Positions 35,621 to 47,261 of a stretch of DNA of 64,000 nt are shown piece by piece. The stretch comes from Lama guanicoe (lineage: Eukaryota): positions 4,609,824-4,673,823 of the forward strand of contig MU054391.1 of assembly GCA_013239625.1 (NCBI GenBank). Direction: 5' to 3'. How positions within the stretch are numbered: the stretch's first letter is position 1; each line of letters begins with the position of its first letter. The position numbers were made by a program, and so were the translations under genes. The notes under the pieces were generated by a model that was not told where the DNA came from, made no database searches, and worked only from the letters and a program-made list of their open reading frames with translations.

Positions 35621-38600
35621 TAGCCTTCATCTCTGCAGCCGTGGCATCTGCGGTACCTGCACTGGGGGGTGTGATGACAGGCTAACTGGCGTCCACTGGC
35701 CCAGTCACTCTGTCTGGTTCTTTACCGCCTCTTCTGTGGTCCATCGTGAACGCACTTCGCTGGGCATTGCTGTGTGACACACAGATCCGTGCACACTCTG
35801 TGCTCACTCCCAGAAGTCCATCCACAGGCCTCTTCCCCACACCTCCTTGTCTCCCATATGCCAATCTTCCTCCTTCCAGAATAGTCACCTGTCCACAAGC
35901 TTGGCCATAAGGGTCACATGGCGTGTATTCTTATCTCAGGCCGTTTCCCTTCCCTTACAAAGCGGATGACCAGGTGATCTGCCAGGATATGTGCCCCTGG
36001 ACAAGCCCTCCTTGTGGCTGTCTTCCAAGACCATCCCTGAAGAGTGTCGCTGTGGCCCCACCAAGGGCCATCCGTGTGAGTGGAGAAACACCAGAACAGT
36101 GGAGGTGGATGATGTGGGGTCCAGCCAACTGTCTGTGCATCTTCCTCGTTCTGTCTGACTCCGCTCATGCCAGAGATGTCCCAGTCCTGGATCGCTCACT
36201 TCCCCTTATGATGAGCCCATCCTGTCTTATAAGTTAGTGGGTCTGACGGAGCCCAGCTTGGCCATGTGGTCACGCGACATTCTAAAGAGAAGCGCCCTGT
36301 CTCCCCCAGGGCCCAGGAGCTGGCCGGGAGCCCCTTTTCCGTGACGTGTACTTCTCTGCCACTGATGACATGGCCTCTCTCCAGAAGTCCAGGAGCTACC
36401 CAGTGACTCTCCCAGGCTTGCCATAAGCACCACATGGCGTCTTTCCCCATCATCCATCTCTCTAGAGACTGGCCACGCACCATCAAGCTGGCCAGGCTGT
36501 ACGGCACAGGTGACAGGGTCACTCACCTGCCACCTGCCCTGCTATGGAGCGCTGTCCTCTCCGGGTCCTGCTCTAAGATGGCAGCCATCCCTATCACCCA
36601 GAAATGGGTTGGAGCTCTATTCCCGGGGGCAGAACATGCTGCTTCTAAAATCTGAAGACGCCTGCTAAGCATGGGGTGTCTTTTCAATGATGGGAGATAC
36701 GAAATGCTGTCCTTCCTTACTTTGGAGGGACTACCCCAGCAAGCCCAGTCTCTGGATTCCTCAAAACGGCACTGCTGCGGCAGACCTCAGAGTCCTAGCA
36801 GGGCTACCTCCCGGCTTTTGATGGTCATGCGTCTTACCGAGGCCCCCAACCTCCGCACCGGTTCTCGCTCATCTGGTCCAGCGCACATGACGCATCGCTG
36901 TCGTGGATGCACGTGGTACCCTGTGGGGTGTCCAGAAGGTCCAGGTGACTTCAGACTAAATGGCAAAGGGTATGAAAGTTAACACAGACCTGTAGCAGGA
37001 CCATACAAATGTCTTTAGTTTGTTTCAGGTAAATTTGAACTGCTTCTGATCTTCCTTTTCTCAGAGATGGGAAAGACGCATTCCCCAGATCAATGCCTTC
37101 CTCCCACAGGCCAGAGTCTGTGGTGATGATTTTCTTTAGCAGAAAAAAAAAAAGTTGTATCTGGCAGAGCAGCTGCAAAGGAGCTTCTTCTGGACTCACT
37201 TTGTGGAGGTTCTCTGTCGTCTCTTGTGGTTTATCTGGTTTGTGAATTCAGTGGGGCTCTGACAAGGACCACCAGCCCACATTCTCCGTCTCTCAGGGTG
37301 GCACTCACCTCTGCACCCCGGCCCCAACACGAGATGTGATCGTGTTTATGACTTACTGTCTTGTGAGGGGAAGGGTCTGCCCCACTACAGCACTGCTTTA
37401 CTGTGGGCAAAGGAACCAACGGGCAGATCACGCCAAAGACCAAGCACATCTGTTCCCAGTGGTACTTGAGGACCAAGGACCTCCGTGGACCCAGGGGTCT
37501 CACTGTGAGGCGGACCTGAGCTAGGAGTCCACTTATTGCCTGACTCCCTGCTCTGCACTCTAACAGGAGGGCCATGGTGGTCCTTGGGGTCCCCAAATCT
37601 CAAAATAAATTCCACAGTCCTTGAAAAGCTCAGGCACTCCTCTTTCCCCAGTGCACTTTTGCCTGAACAAATGGGCTGCATCCCTTTGGGGAAGCACTGG
37701 GGAAGCACTGGTGAATCTATACTTGCTGTCATGTTGCAGGGCCCTTCCTGGGAGGAACGCCTCTTCTCCTTCATCCGTGGGCTCTGGGTCTTAGAACCAG
37801 CGCAATTCAAGAAACTAGGCGAGAGACCCTGACTGTCTTTTGGGGTGGCTTTGTTCATCCTCGTGATTATTCATGCTTGATTGCCTTTAATTATTTAAAT
37901 CAAATGTGACCCTCATTGACTGCCCAACTGTTTCACCTCTAGGAGCAATGTGTCCACCTGCCACCCCGTAGGCTGTCTTCAGGGCAGGGTACCACTAGGG
38001 CGCCACTGGTCTGGTCTCTCACTGTGATCGCTGCCTTCACCTCACTTCTGGCCTCTGTCATCTCAGGATCCTCTCCTCCCTGTTGCTCCCAAGAACCAGT
38101 TCTGTGATTTCATCATCTGTCAGCTTGACCCACAGAGCCATGCCAGCCCTGAGCTTCTGGATGGTGCTGGGGCCACTCTTCCCAGGGCATTGCTTTGCAA
38201 ACAGGAAGCCCTCCAGCCCATCTTGGGAATACATCCACTCCAGCATGTCCACTTCTCTGGGCCACTTGGTCCCTTCCTCCACCATCCTCCTAGATGGGTC
38301 ATTGCTTCCTCCAGGCTTTCAAGCACCATCCTAGCAGAGGGTTAGCATTGTCTCAGGGATCCTGGCCAAGATGTGAAATCCTGTACCAAGGAGAGTGCCC
38401 CCCATCACTGAACTCTCTCTCATTCAAATCTATGTTCTATACTCTGACCTGGTCCCATGAATATCCTCCTGGGTCCTTCGGGAACAAATTAGCTAGATCC
38501 TACAGCTCCTTTGTCATGTAGCCCGTATTTGCCTGGGCCAGCCGAGCTCAGCCCCTGTCAGGCTGTGCTGAGATTTGGCCCTCATCATTCATCTTGAATG

Positions 38601-38652
38601 AAGACAGGGCTGGATCCCAAGGGGGCAAGTTTTGTTTTGTAAGATGCCTGCC

Positions 38653-38971
38653 TTATTTATTGTATATATATTTTTTATTTCAGAACTTTATGTACAGACA
38701 TCATTAAAAAAAAAAAGCACAAACATTGGAGGATATCCAAGGACATGGAGCTGAAAATAAAAGTTAAGGGCAATTAGGAGAACTGAGATTGTCCCCGAGA
38801 AATTCCGAGGCTCACGCTTCCTTAAATGTCCTTGATAACCTCTTCCAGTTCTTCCTTTGTGAACATGTGGACTTTCTGGCCAGGCTGCACTGTGGCTAGC
38901 TCTACGTTGGTTGCATTCAGCTTCCCCTCCATTACTTGTTTGAGGACTGTGAGTGAAGACTTGATGCCTTC
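38653..38971 (-). pseudogene. PSMA5: 5'-truncated processed pseudogene of proteasome subunit alpha type-5
   Basis: 38971->38822 translates [49 protein letters not shown], which is 42/49 identical to the recalled human PSMA5 C-terminus ([49 protein letters not shown]). It is followed by PSMA5-like 3'UTR, AATAAA (38674-38679, minus) and a decayed A tail. tgtaaga flanks both ends (38638-38644, 38972-38978). Confidence 0.95.
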
Positions 38972-39124
38972 TGTAAGACCACTGAGAAAAGAACGTCAAC
39001 GTCTTCTCCTGAGCTGGAGTGGACCACTTCTGCGGGTTCAGAGGCTCCAGGGGACAAGGATCCCACTGCCCAGAGCACCCATCCCCACGTGTCAGGGTCC
39101 CACCACTTTCTTATAGGACCTTGA

Positions 39125-39336
39125 CCTGGGAGAATTTCCCTCTTGGAACAGCTTGTGCTGCATCCCATACATCTTGTCTGGCTGTATTTTCGTTGCTGTT
39201 TGTCTCAAGGTAATTTTTTTATTTCCTCTTTGATTTCATTGTTGACCCACTGGGGTTTTTTAATAGCATGTTGTTTAGTCTCCATGTAATCTTTTTTTTC
39301 TCATTTCTCTTTCTGTGGTTGATTTTTAGTTTCATT
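39125..39336 (-). mobile_element. Internal L1 ORF2 fragment nested in ERV-L gag, flanked by an 8-bp direct repeat
   Basis: aatttccctcttggaacagcttgtgctgcatcccata...tttcctctttgatttc...gcatgttgtttagtctcca is the antisense of the ORF2 NLWDAAKAVLRGKF region. gaccttga occurs at 39117-39124 and 39337-39344. Confidence 0.85.
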
Positions 39337-39694
39337 GACCTTGAAGAACTTAACCCTTCTCTAAAACTCTGCTATTCTTGGGGTTAAGACCGGCCCTCCA
39401 GTTGGCCTGTCTTCCAGCTGCAGAACAGAGATTTGCTTATATGCTGCCACGGAGGTGCTTTGCCTTAAACAGGTGATGAGTCACCGAAAGCCTGTCATTC
39501 TCTCTTCAGCAAATCAGCATCCCTCAGCCACGGCCACCCCGTCATCCCAGGAACCTTCTAGCCACCGTTTCCCTCGTGCCTCTCCAGCGCCAACCATGCT
39601 CCACTTAGCACCAGTGACAGGGTCCTCGGGGACAGCGGCGTGCGCTCCAGCTCCACTTTTCCACTGAGAAGCCACTTCTCACACCACTGCCAAC

Positions 39695-40080
39695 GTCAGC
39701 TGCCTTGAGGTCTCCCAGAGTCTGGGATGGAAACCTGCGTGCTGGAGCTTTACTGGGAAGTGTTCTTGGGAGACTCACCTGTAAAGAAGTAAGAAAGAAA
39801 GGATTCTGCAGAAGGAGAAAGTGACTTGAAGTGAGGTGACAACAGAGGCCACCTCCAGCCAAGCCTCAGGGGTCCCTGGGGCTGAAATGGCCCAGCAGAG
39901 TCGGCTCAGGTTGAGGGCAGGGGGCCGAGCCTTCGTCTTCCTGCCAGTCACAGAGCACGGCCGGCCCTGCTGGACAGTTCCCGCTGCACAGCCTGCTGCC
40001 CAGTGAGCGGCTCAGCCGTGAGCCGTCAGCAGCATCATTCCCAGCAAGGGAGGCGGCTGCCTCCGCCCCGGAGAGGCACC
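39695..40080 (-). mobile_element. LTR16-family 5' LTR of ERV-L provirus
   Basis: cagagtctgggatggaaacctgcgtgctggagctttactgggaagtgttcttgggagactcacctgtaaagaag...ggggctgaaatggccc...agggggccgagcctt. On the minus strand it is followed by a degenerate PBS-like gttggcagtggtgtgagaag. Confidence 0.85.
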
Positions 40081-41990
40081 CCTGCTCCACTTCAGCCCAA
40101 ACAGGACTGCTTTCTGCTCCCTTTCTGTTCTCACCCCCTTACCTGCGATAAAGAGGAGAGGCAGGTCCTGTTTGAATGAGAGGAACAGCAAAGGGAACAA
40201 AGAACTCCGGGGTGAAAGAGGAAACTTCAGTTCGCATTTGAGAACATCAGCCCACCACACCCACGGCGGCGCAGCGCGCTAGGGACCCTCCACCCGCTTC
40301 TCTGCGCTCCTAAGAAGCGGTTTGCTCTTTCGTACCTCGCCTTCTTCACACCACACCTAGATGTCCCCAGGGCTGCGTGGTCTTACGCATCTCAGGACCC
40401 TCAGGGCCTCACATGGCAGCACCAAGTGTCGAATGAATCAGTGAAATCATCAAGAAAGTCATTCGTATCCCTCATGGGTGGTTACATGGTCGGTTTTTCT
40501 GGGCAGTTTAGCGGTTCTGTACCCCAGGGAAGGGACCCCACAGCAGGCAGCATGGCCGTCTGAGGTGAAGATCTGGAGAGATCCTACTATTTATGGTAAA
40601 CGTGATGGAAAGGCGTGAAGCGGAAGATGCAGACACAGTCAGACGTGCTCAGTGCAGTGAGTCGGGAGGGCCCCACAACCCTGGGCGGTGTGGGCCGGTG
40701 GGCAGAACGCTGTCTGAACCAGCAGGCTTTGCTGTGGACACGCAGAGCGAAGAAGCAGGAACTGGCCTCCTTGGAGACGGTTACTCCACCCTCCTCGGTT
40801 CCGTGTCTGCAAAGAAGGATCATGAAAGTAACAAGCTCGGTCTCGCGGGGTCCTCGTGCAGGTCAAATGAGAGATGTGTGGAAACGGGCGGGCAAACGCA
40901 GCTGCCCCCCACGTGAGGACAGCTGTTGCCACCCACTCTCCCGCCCCGGCAGAGAGCTCCCCTGTGCTGCTGCCGGTCAGAAGGGCTCCCGGAGGCAGAA
41001 AAGCTGGGAGCAGGGACCTGAGGACCCAGCACACACCAGCGAGAGCAGCCGTGTGCTTCGGTCCCAGACCTGCTGATTCCTGGCTGGGGAACCTCTTACC
41101 TGAACTTACAACTGCTTCCCCAGTGGTGAGCGGGGCTAGGAAAGCTGAAGTTGAATTTTGTTAAAAGGACTAAAATTGATCATGTGTATAGAGCATTGAG
41201 AAATCATGTATTATTAGAGAGGAACATAAATTACGAAGTTGTTTTAATGTTCTGGGATCTTTCCAAAGAACACTAGTTGTTAATCAAGAGATCATTCTTT
41301 TTTTAATTATATTTTTTTCACCAGTGTTTAAGTGTGTTATTTTCCGTGACATACTTAAACTGAAAGGTCATATTCTCTGTCATTACCTGTCAAGAAGGCT
41401 TGACTTTTGCTAGTATTTTGATTCTGCTTTAAGGGAAGAAATTCTAAATACTGTAGATGACAGTAACTTTTGGCCGAAATCACCCGCCCAGACCCCCTGA
41501 TCATCCAGGTTCCGGGCTAAGAGGTGAAGATTCTCCAGGGCAACCTTAGGACTTGTGTGCCCAACCCAGAGGCCAGGGCTGGAGGCTGAGAATGGTGACA
41601 CCTGCACCCTTACAAAGCAGCCCATATGGTGAGATGCATCCTTCCCAGAGACCCAGCCCCCCTGCGAGATGGGGCACCGCCCACCACCGCTCACCCCTTC
41701 TCCCACTGTCGTCACCAGCGTGGGCAAAGTCTACCAGCTAGCCCTGAGTCCCCCGAGCACTGAGCAGCCCCTTGGGTTTGTGCAAGAATAGCTCAAACAG
41801 GGGGCACAGTCCTTGCTGGGCCAACATAGGTGGGACCCACCCAAAAGGCCAAAAGGCAAGAAATCAGTTCAAACTCGGCTCCTGCTGGCGAGTGACAGGA
41901 AACAAGAAGATGCCCCAGCAGTTCCGAGGTCAACAGGGAGGGTCCTGCTGAGCCCCATTCTCTGGTTTCTGTTCCTCCCGGTGTTTGGTC

Positions 41991-42327
41991 TGTAAAAAAT
42001 TAATAAACAGAAACCCCGATTAGAGTTGGGAGACCAGAAGGGGGAGCCCCCATGCCCTGCCAAGGAAGCAGAGCCCAGGAGGAAGGAGAAAGACTCCTCT
42101 TCTTTCCTGGCAAGAGCTCAGCCAATGGAAAGCCAGGGACTCTTTACTTTTCACAGCCCTCCCCACTTCCTTTTCCCCTCTATAAAGGCGGTCTCCTTCC
42201 CTTGCTGGTAGACTCTTGCAAGTGGCTTGCCAAGGTTGCAGACCCCAAACTGCAATTCTTTGCTGATCCTAAATAAACTCATTTTTGCTGGAGAAATAAC
42301 TGGCAGTCTATGTAATTCAGGCCAACA
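41991..42327 (+). mobile_element. ERV1-type solo LTR (337 bp) with 4-bp TSD
   Basis: TG...CA termini, TSD ggtc (41987-41990 and 42328-42331), CCAAT 42122-42126, TATAAA 42181-42186, AATAAA 42272-42277. Confidence 0.9.
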
Positions 42328-42874
42328 GGTCCCCTCCCACCCCTTAGTCAGCAATCAAAGCAATGCAAGTCGGAGCTGAGTGACAGAGGCACCAAGAGTT
42401 CAGGGCTGTGTCATGCTCACCTCTGCCTCTTCAGAGCTTGGCACACAAATCAAAGTGACTGTGAATCAAAACATGAAAGCAATAAACAGGGATGGACCCC
42501 AAATTCTCATTTTGTTTGGAAATAAAATGCAAATTATTGTAAAGAATATGGTCCAATTGCTATAAATCAATTTATCGGTTGATATAAAAGGTCTCTAGTC
42601 CAAGAGATCAACACCCTGCTGAAAGAGGATACTAGAGAAGCAGGTGGTCAGTGGAGGAAATAAAGAACCTGTAGGTCAAACCCTGTCCTGCCTGGAATGG
42701 ACCCACCCTCCTGGGCCCATGACATCTCAGGAATCCAGGCTGTGTGTAGATTGACTTGAGTTTCTGCCCAGTGGGAGTGAGAGCCCTTGACATCCTTCTC
42801 TGTGAGACAGAGAAGTTTGAGTGTGCTCTGGGGGAAAATAAAACAAAAAGCAGACATGCAGAGGGGCAAGGGAG

Positions 42875-43110
42875 TCTCGCAGAGCACGGTCTTTACAAAC
42901 TCACCACTGGGCGTTCCAGCCTGGCCACTCACACATCATGCCGTTTGAACAAGCTTCTTAACCACCCAGAACCTCAGTTTTCTCATCTGCAAAATGACAA
43001 TGATGATGGGGCCACCTTCCTCCCAGTATGGCTGCAGAGTGAACAGGACAGTTGTCATACAGTGCTCAGCACGCTGTCCCTCCTTGCTGCCTGTTACCTT
43101 TATTGTGATG
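42875..43110 (+). mobile_element. MIR SINE
   Basis: tttgaacaagcttcttaaccacccagaacctcagttttctcatctgcaaaatg...tacagtgctcagcacg. Confidence 0.75.
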
Positions 43111-44293
43111 TCAGTTTTGCAGGTTTTTTTCAGTATTGCAGGACCAAGCAGGTGAGAGACGTGTGTGCCCCCCGGTGCTCACTCTACAGTGTCACCTAAC
43201 ACGGCCCAACGGTACCAGATGGCACCACCCAAGGCAAGACCCCCGGCTGGGGCTTCCTCTCCGACCTGCCGCTGAGCCAGTCACTTCTTTGGGGGCCTGA
43301 GTTTACTGACCTGGTAAAATGCAAGTTTCGTGCTCCATGTTCTCTGAACTGTCTTCCAATCTAACAATTCCTGAGTCTGCGCTTTCTTAAAACTCAGTCT
43401 ATGCTGGAGCAGACTTGGCCATGACCATGGTTAGTCTCCCCGAGATCCACCCCAGCTCCCCCCAGCCAATGGTTGCATCCTCCCCATGTGAAGCCACCCT
43501 TGGAGAGTGTTTATATCCCTTGCTATGATTACAGCTGATTAGTAAATTTCCAATGTGTTTGAAGTTCCCCAGGCTTACATCTTGCAACAAAAAGCTAGAT
43601 CGAGTCCACACTTTGATCTGTAAGGGCACCCATCCAGGCTCAAGAATATATCCCGAAATACATACCTTCTTAAAAACACTTTTGGAAGCCAAGTGTTAAA
43701 CAAAAGTGGAATGTGAGACTTTTTCTATCGATTCCCTATTATGGGCATTTGCTGCTTGTTTTGCAATTGCATTAGCACATGCACACACACACACACGTGC
43801 AGGGGGATACACAAATGCACAGGGGAGCACTGCCCGAGGTGTGACAATTCTTAATGGCCACAAAGAACAGCCCTGGGCATTTGCATGGTGGGCGGTTTAA
43901 CAGTGTGAATGGGACTTTCTGGACAGACCTGTGGGGTGAGATGCCTGGATACCTCCCAGCTGCCAGGGTACACTACCAAAACAGGCAGAGGGGGAAAGTG
44001 GTCCATTCAGCACACGTCTACCACCCCAACTCCCTGGGCACAGAGATTATCACGTCTCCCAGAACTAAGTCCTGGATGAGATGAAGAACCATGGAAAGTT
44101 GCTCTACTTACGAACTCAGAGAAAATCGAAGTCCTGCTGCTGGGGGTTCGTGCGATTTTGTCACCATCTTGCGTTGGCCTGAGAAAAATGATTACGTCTC
44201 TCAGAGCCTGTTTCCCCATCTGCAAAATCAGAATTTCTTTTAAATGGCGTCTCAGATCCTTTCTACTTTCAAAATCCTGGGAAATCACTTTAA

Positions 44294-44445
44294 AACAGGT
44301 TTTTAACCCCTGGCGGCCATGGGTCACTCTAAATGTCTGATGAAAACATGGGTCTCCTCTTTAGAAATAAACACGAAACTTCGTAAACACACAGAGTTTG
44401 TGCGCAGAGTGTGAGGGAGGTTCAGAGACGCCCTGGGGCCTGCTG
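44294..44445. mobile_element. MER117-like hAT-Charlie relic
   Basis: gtctgatgaaaacatgggtctcctctttagaaataaacac...aacacacagagtttgtgcgcag..gaggttcagagacgccctg follows the recalled MER117 consensus. Confidence 0.6.
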
Positions 44446-45123
44446 TGGAGAAAGAACGGGCTTTAAACTTCTGGCTCCAGGACAAGATGTCTCAAGACAA
44501 TCTCTCCGAACAAGAAGCAAAGGCTACGGCAACTGGGGAAGTTTGGAAATCTGAAATTTTAGATTAGAAATAAATACGGCTGTCTCATTCTGAGTTTTTA
44601 AAAACTGAGCCCCAGTTCTGCACAACAGCTCAAAAAATTAAAAGATGGAAGATAGTAAAACAAGATTCGTTATTGTAATAAACTATAAAACCTGTATCTG
44701 AGGCCAAAACTGCAAACGTGGAGTCCAATTTGGATAAATCAGGTATTATGCAAATGTCCAAGGCTGCAGTTAATGAGTTGAGAGTTTTCCCCAGATGTTC
44801 AGCTCATGTTCCAAAGCAGGAGGGAAGCTGGCTATGGACCAAATCAAATTTTTATATTCCTGTGAGATAATACCAGGCACTCAGATTTCATCAGTCCCAT
44901 ATTGGAGGCATCAGGGCACCACATCATGGTTGGGTAAGCCTATATTCGATCCATTTTCCTCAAGACGGAACAAATAGACTAAGAACCAGAGCACTCAGTG
45001 ACTCACGTCAGAGGCGTAAACTGAACGTCAACACTTGTTCACGTGGAATCTAACTGAAGAAGAGTTTGTCGTGCAGGATCCTCCGTGTTGAGTGTTGCCG
45101 CTCCTTTCTGAAAGGACGGCTCC

Positions 45124-45150
45124 GTGTGCGTGTGTGTGTGTGTGTGTGTG
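45124..45150. repeat. (GT)n microsatellite
   Basis: gtgtgcgtgtgtgtgtgtgtgtgtgtg. Confidence 0.95.
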
Positions 45151-45564
45151 CATGCTCATAGCTTCAAACAGCACTCCAGAAAATGGAAAAGAAGAAGAAA
45201 AAGAAACCCAAAACTTCTATTTCACTTAGAAAGACATGCAAACATCACTGTCAATACTGTAATTGAAATCGTGACTTTGAGTTACTTATTTCCAAGTATC
45301 GTTCGGGAGACACTGTTTACCAGAAACCTCCTGCCACTTCTTCAACCATCTCTCAGTTTGGTGTGTTAATTCTGTCCAAAAACTATTCTTCAAAGGAAAA
45401 TTTTGGAGTTTGGAGCCCTTCAGATCTCTGCTGGAACACAACTTCCTCAGGGGGACGTTCCCTGACCCGCCAGACCTGAGAGGGTCCCCCGCATGGTGCT
45501 CCCAGAGTCTCGGGCTTGAGGAGTGGAAGCGCCTCTCCACCGGGCGGTCAGGACCTACTTCACA

Positions 45565-45790
45565 GCGGGATGGAGGGCAGGGCTGGTGCCGACCGCCTGG
45601 CTGTCATTCCCGTCTCTGCCACTTACCCGCTGCTGTCCTTGGAGCAACCACTTCCTCAGAGCCTCTTTCTTGCCTGTAAAATGGGGCAATACTGGCCTCT
45701 ACCCTTGAGGTTATTATGAGCCTCAAGCGATTTTCCATGCTTACAACAGCCCCTGACCCCCAGCAGGTGCTCCCTACGCCCTGTTGCCTG
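45565..45790 (+). mobile_element. MIR SINE
   Basis: tcccgtctctgccacttacccgctgctgtccttggagcaaccacttcctcagagcctc..tgcctgtaaaatggggcaatact. Confidence 0.75.
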
Positions 45791-46124
45791 TGTTCAGCCC
45801 TTTGACGGGTCACCGTGAGAACTGGGGCGCTGTCTTTCTTCCAGCTCTTGTAGCACCGCATTGGGTCTTAGTAGGTCCTCAGTGACTCTGCTGAGATGAA
45901 TTATCCAAAGGACGACTCAAGAGGGGAAGAAAGAGCCGGGCACTCCCTGCAGAGAGCACATCTGGGGAAGGGGCCCAGGGCGTGGGCGGCGACAGGGGCA
46001 TTGGTGCGGAACATGCGCCCACGCGGCAGCTGCAGGAAGACTCGGGGGAGGGCTGAGCGAGGGTCTGGCTCTGGCTTTGATGTTCACTCTGAGGCACCAC
46101 CTCCACTCCACCACCTCGCTGACT

Positions 46125-46496
46125 CTGCCCGCATTGCTACCAGACCACAGACGGGTCATCAGCGTAAACAGCAGGCACTTTTCTCCTCCCAGTTCTGGAG
46201 GTGGGAAGTCCGAGACCATGATCTGGCCAGGTCAGTTTCCAGCGTGGACTCTCTGGAGTCTCTCTTTTCATGGTGTCCTCACATGACTTTCCTAGGCGCC
46301 CGTGGACAGAGATCTCTGGTATCTCTTCCTCTTCTTATAAGGGCACGAATCCTATTGGACCAGGGCTCCATCCTTATGACCTCATTTAACCTTAATTACT
46401 TCCTAATTATCTAGACTCCATTTCCAAATTTAGCCACACTGGAGGTTAGGGCTTCACATGTGAATCTGAGGGGGCACAGATGTTCAGCCCATAGTA
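46125..46496 (-). mobile_element. MLT1A/B-like MaLR solo LTR
   Basis: cccagttctggaggtgggaagtccgagacca...tgtcctcacatg...tcttataagggcacgaatcctatt..agggctccatccttatgacctcatttaaccttaattacttcc...ttagggcttca..tgaatctgagggggcac..ttcagcccatag. Confidence 0.9.
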
Positions 46497-47261
46497 TTGC
46501 CTTCCCCACTATCCCAGACACCCAACTCCCTCACTCTGCCCCTCCCAGCTGCCGCTCTCCGGTGTGGGGAGGGGAAGGGGCAGAAACATTTCATTCTCAC
46601 TCCCAGTAGGACAGCTGCTCCCAGCACCTCTGCTAATGACTGCAAAGTCTGTCCACTGTGTCCAGAGCCTGAGAATTTGCTTTTTAAACTAGGGTCCCTA
46701 TTAGCTGTTAACTGCTGAGAGATGAGAAGTTGTGATTTGACCATTTAGGTGTTTGGCCTTTCAGCTAAAATCCCCTCTCGGGGGGCCTGCCTCTGCCTCT
46801 GCATAGTCAGAATTTTCCAGCCATGTTCCCTTCTGACAAGTAATTATTTACAAATTAGGTTCCCAGGGAATACACTGCCAGAGAATGTGAGTGTGACACA
46901 TATAAATAATAACAAATTAATTTTTCAATAATAGACAAACCATCTCCAAATAACCAACATCATTAGGACACTCAGGGACCTGTCACCCCATCTACCCACA
47001 GCTCAGAGCATCTCTCCTCGCTCCCCTCCCTGGTTGGAGCTGAGAATATCTACAGTGCAAGTCGCAGCCAGCCGTGATAGACGCCCTCTCCCCTCCTCTT
47101 AGACTCTCATTGAACAATAGTCCTTTCAAATTATTTTCTCAATTCAAGATACTCAGGCACTTTGGGAAAATAGGAAGCATTTACTTGTGGTTTCATCAGA
47201 GCTCGGATAACTGTCCTGAAGCGTCCACTGTCTGCAGGAATAGGTTAGGTCTCATGAGACA

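Larger units (their letters stand above)
35621..39694 (-). mobile_element. ERV-L internal region (ERV3-16A3-like): decayed gag-pro-RT-RNase H
   Basis: Minus-strand relics. Gag: KWWDPDTW (~39080-39110) and VEEGTKWPREVDMLEW (~38235-38282). Protease region: GDPKDHHGPPVRV and ISGLLAQVRLTVRPLGPR (~37480-37600). RT-tether: DAMWCLWQA...WALGETGRFSLECRVT (~36265-36450). RNase H: HLVIRFVREGKRPEIRIH, WKEEDWHMGDKEVWGRGLWMDFWE (35807-35878) and ICVSHSNAQR. Many stops and frameshifts. Confidence 0.9.

Noticed and set aside
35621..39694. Domesticated ERV-L gag/pol gene or gag-PSMA5 fusion protein
   Set aside because: The motifs lie in different frames with many stops, gag is interrupted by two insertions, and an in-frame TGA precedes the PSMA5 frame.
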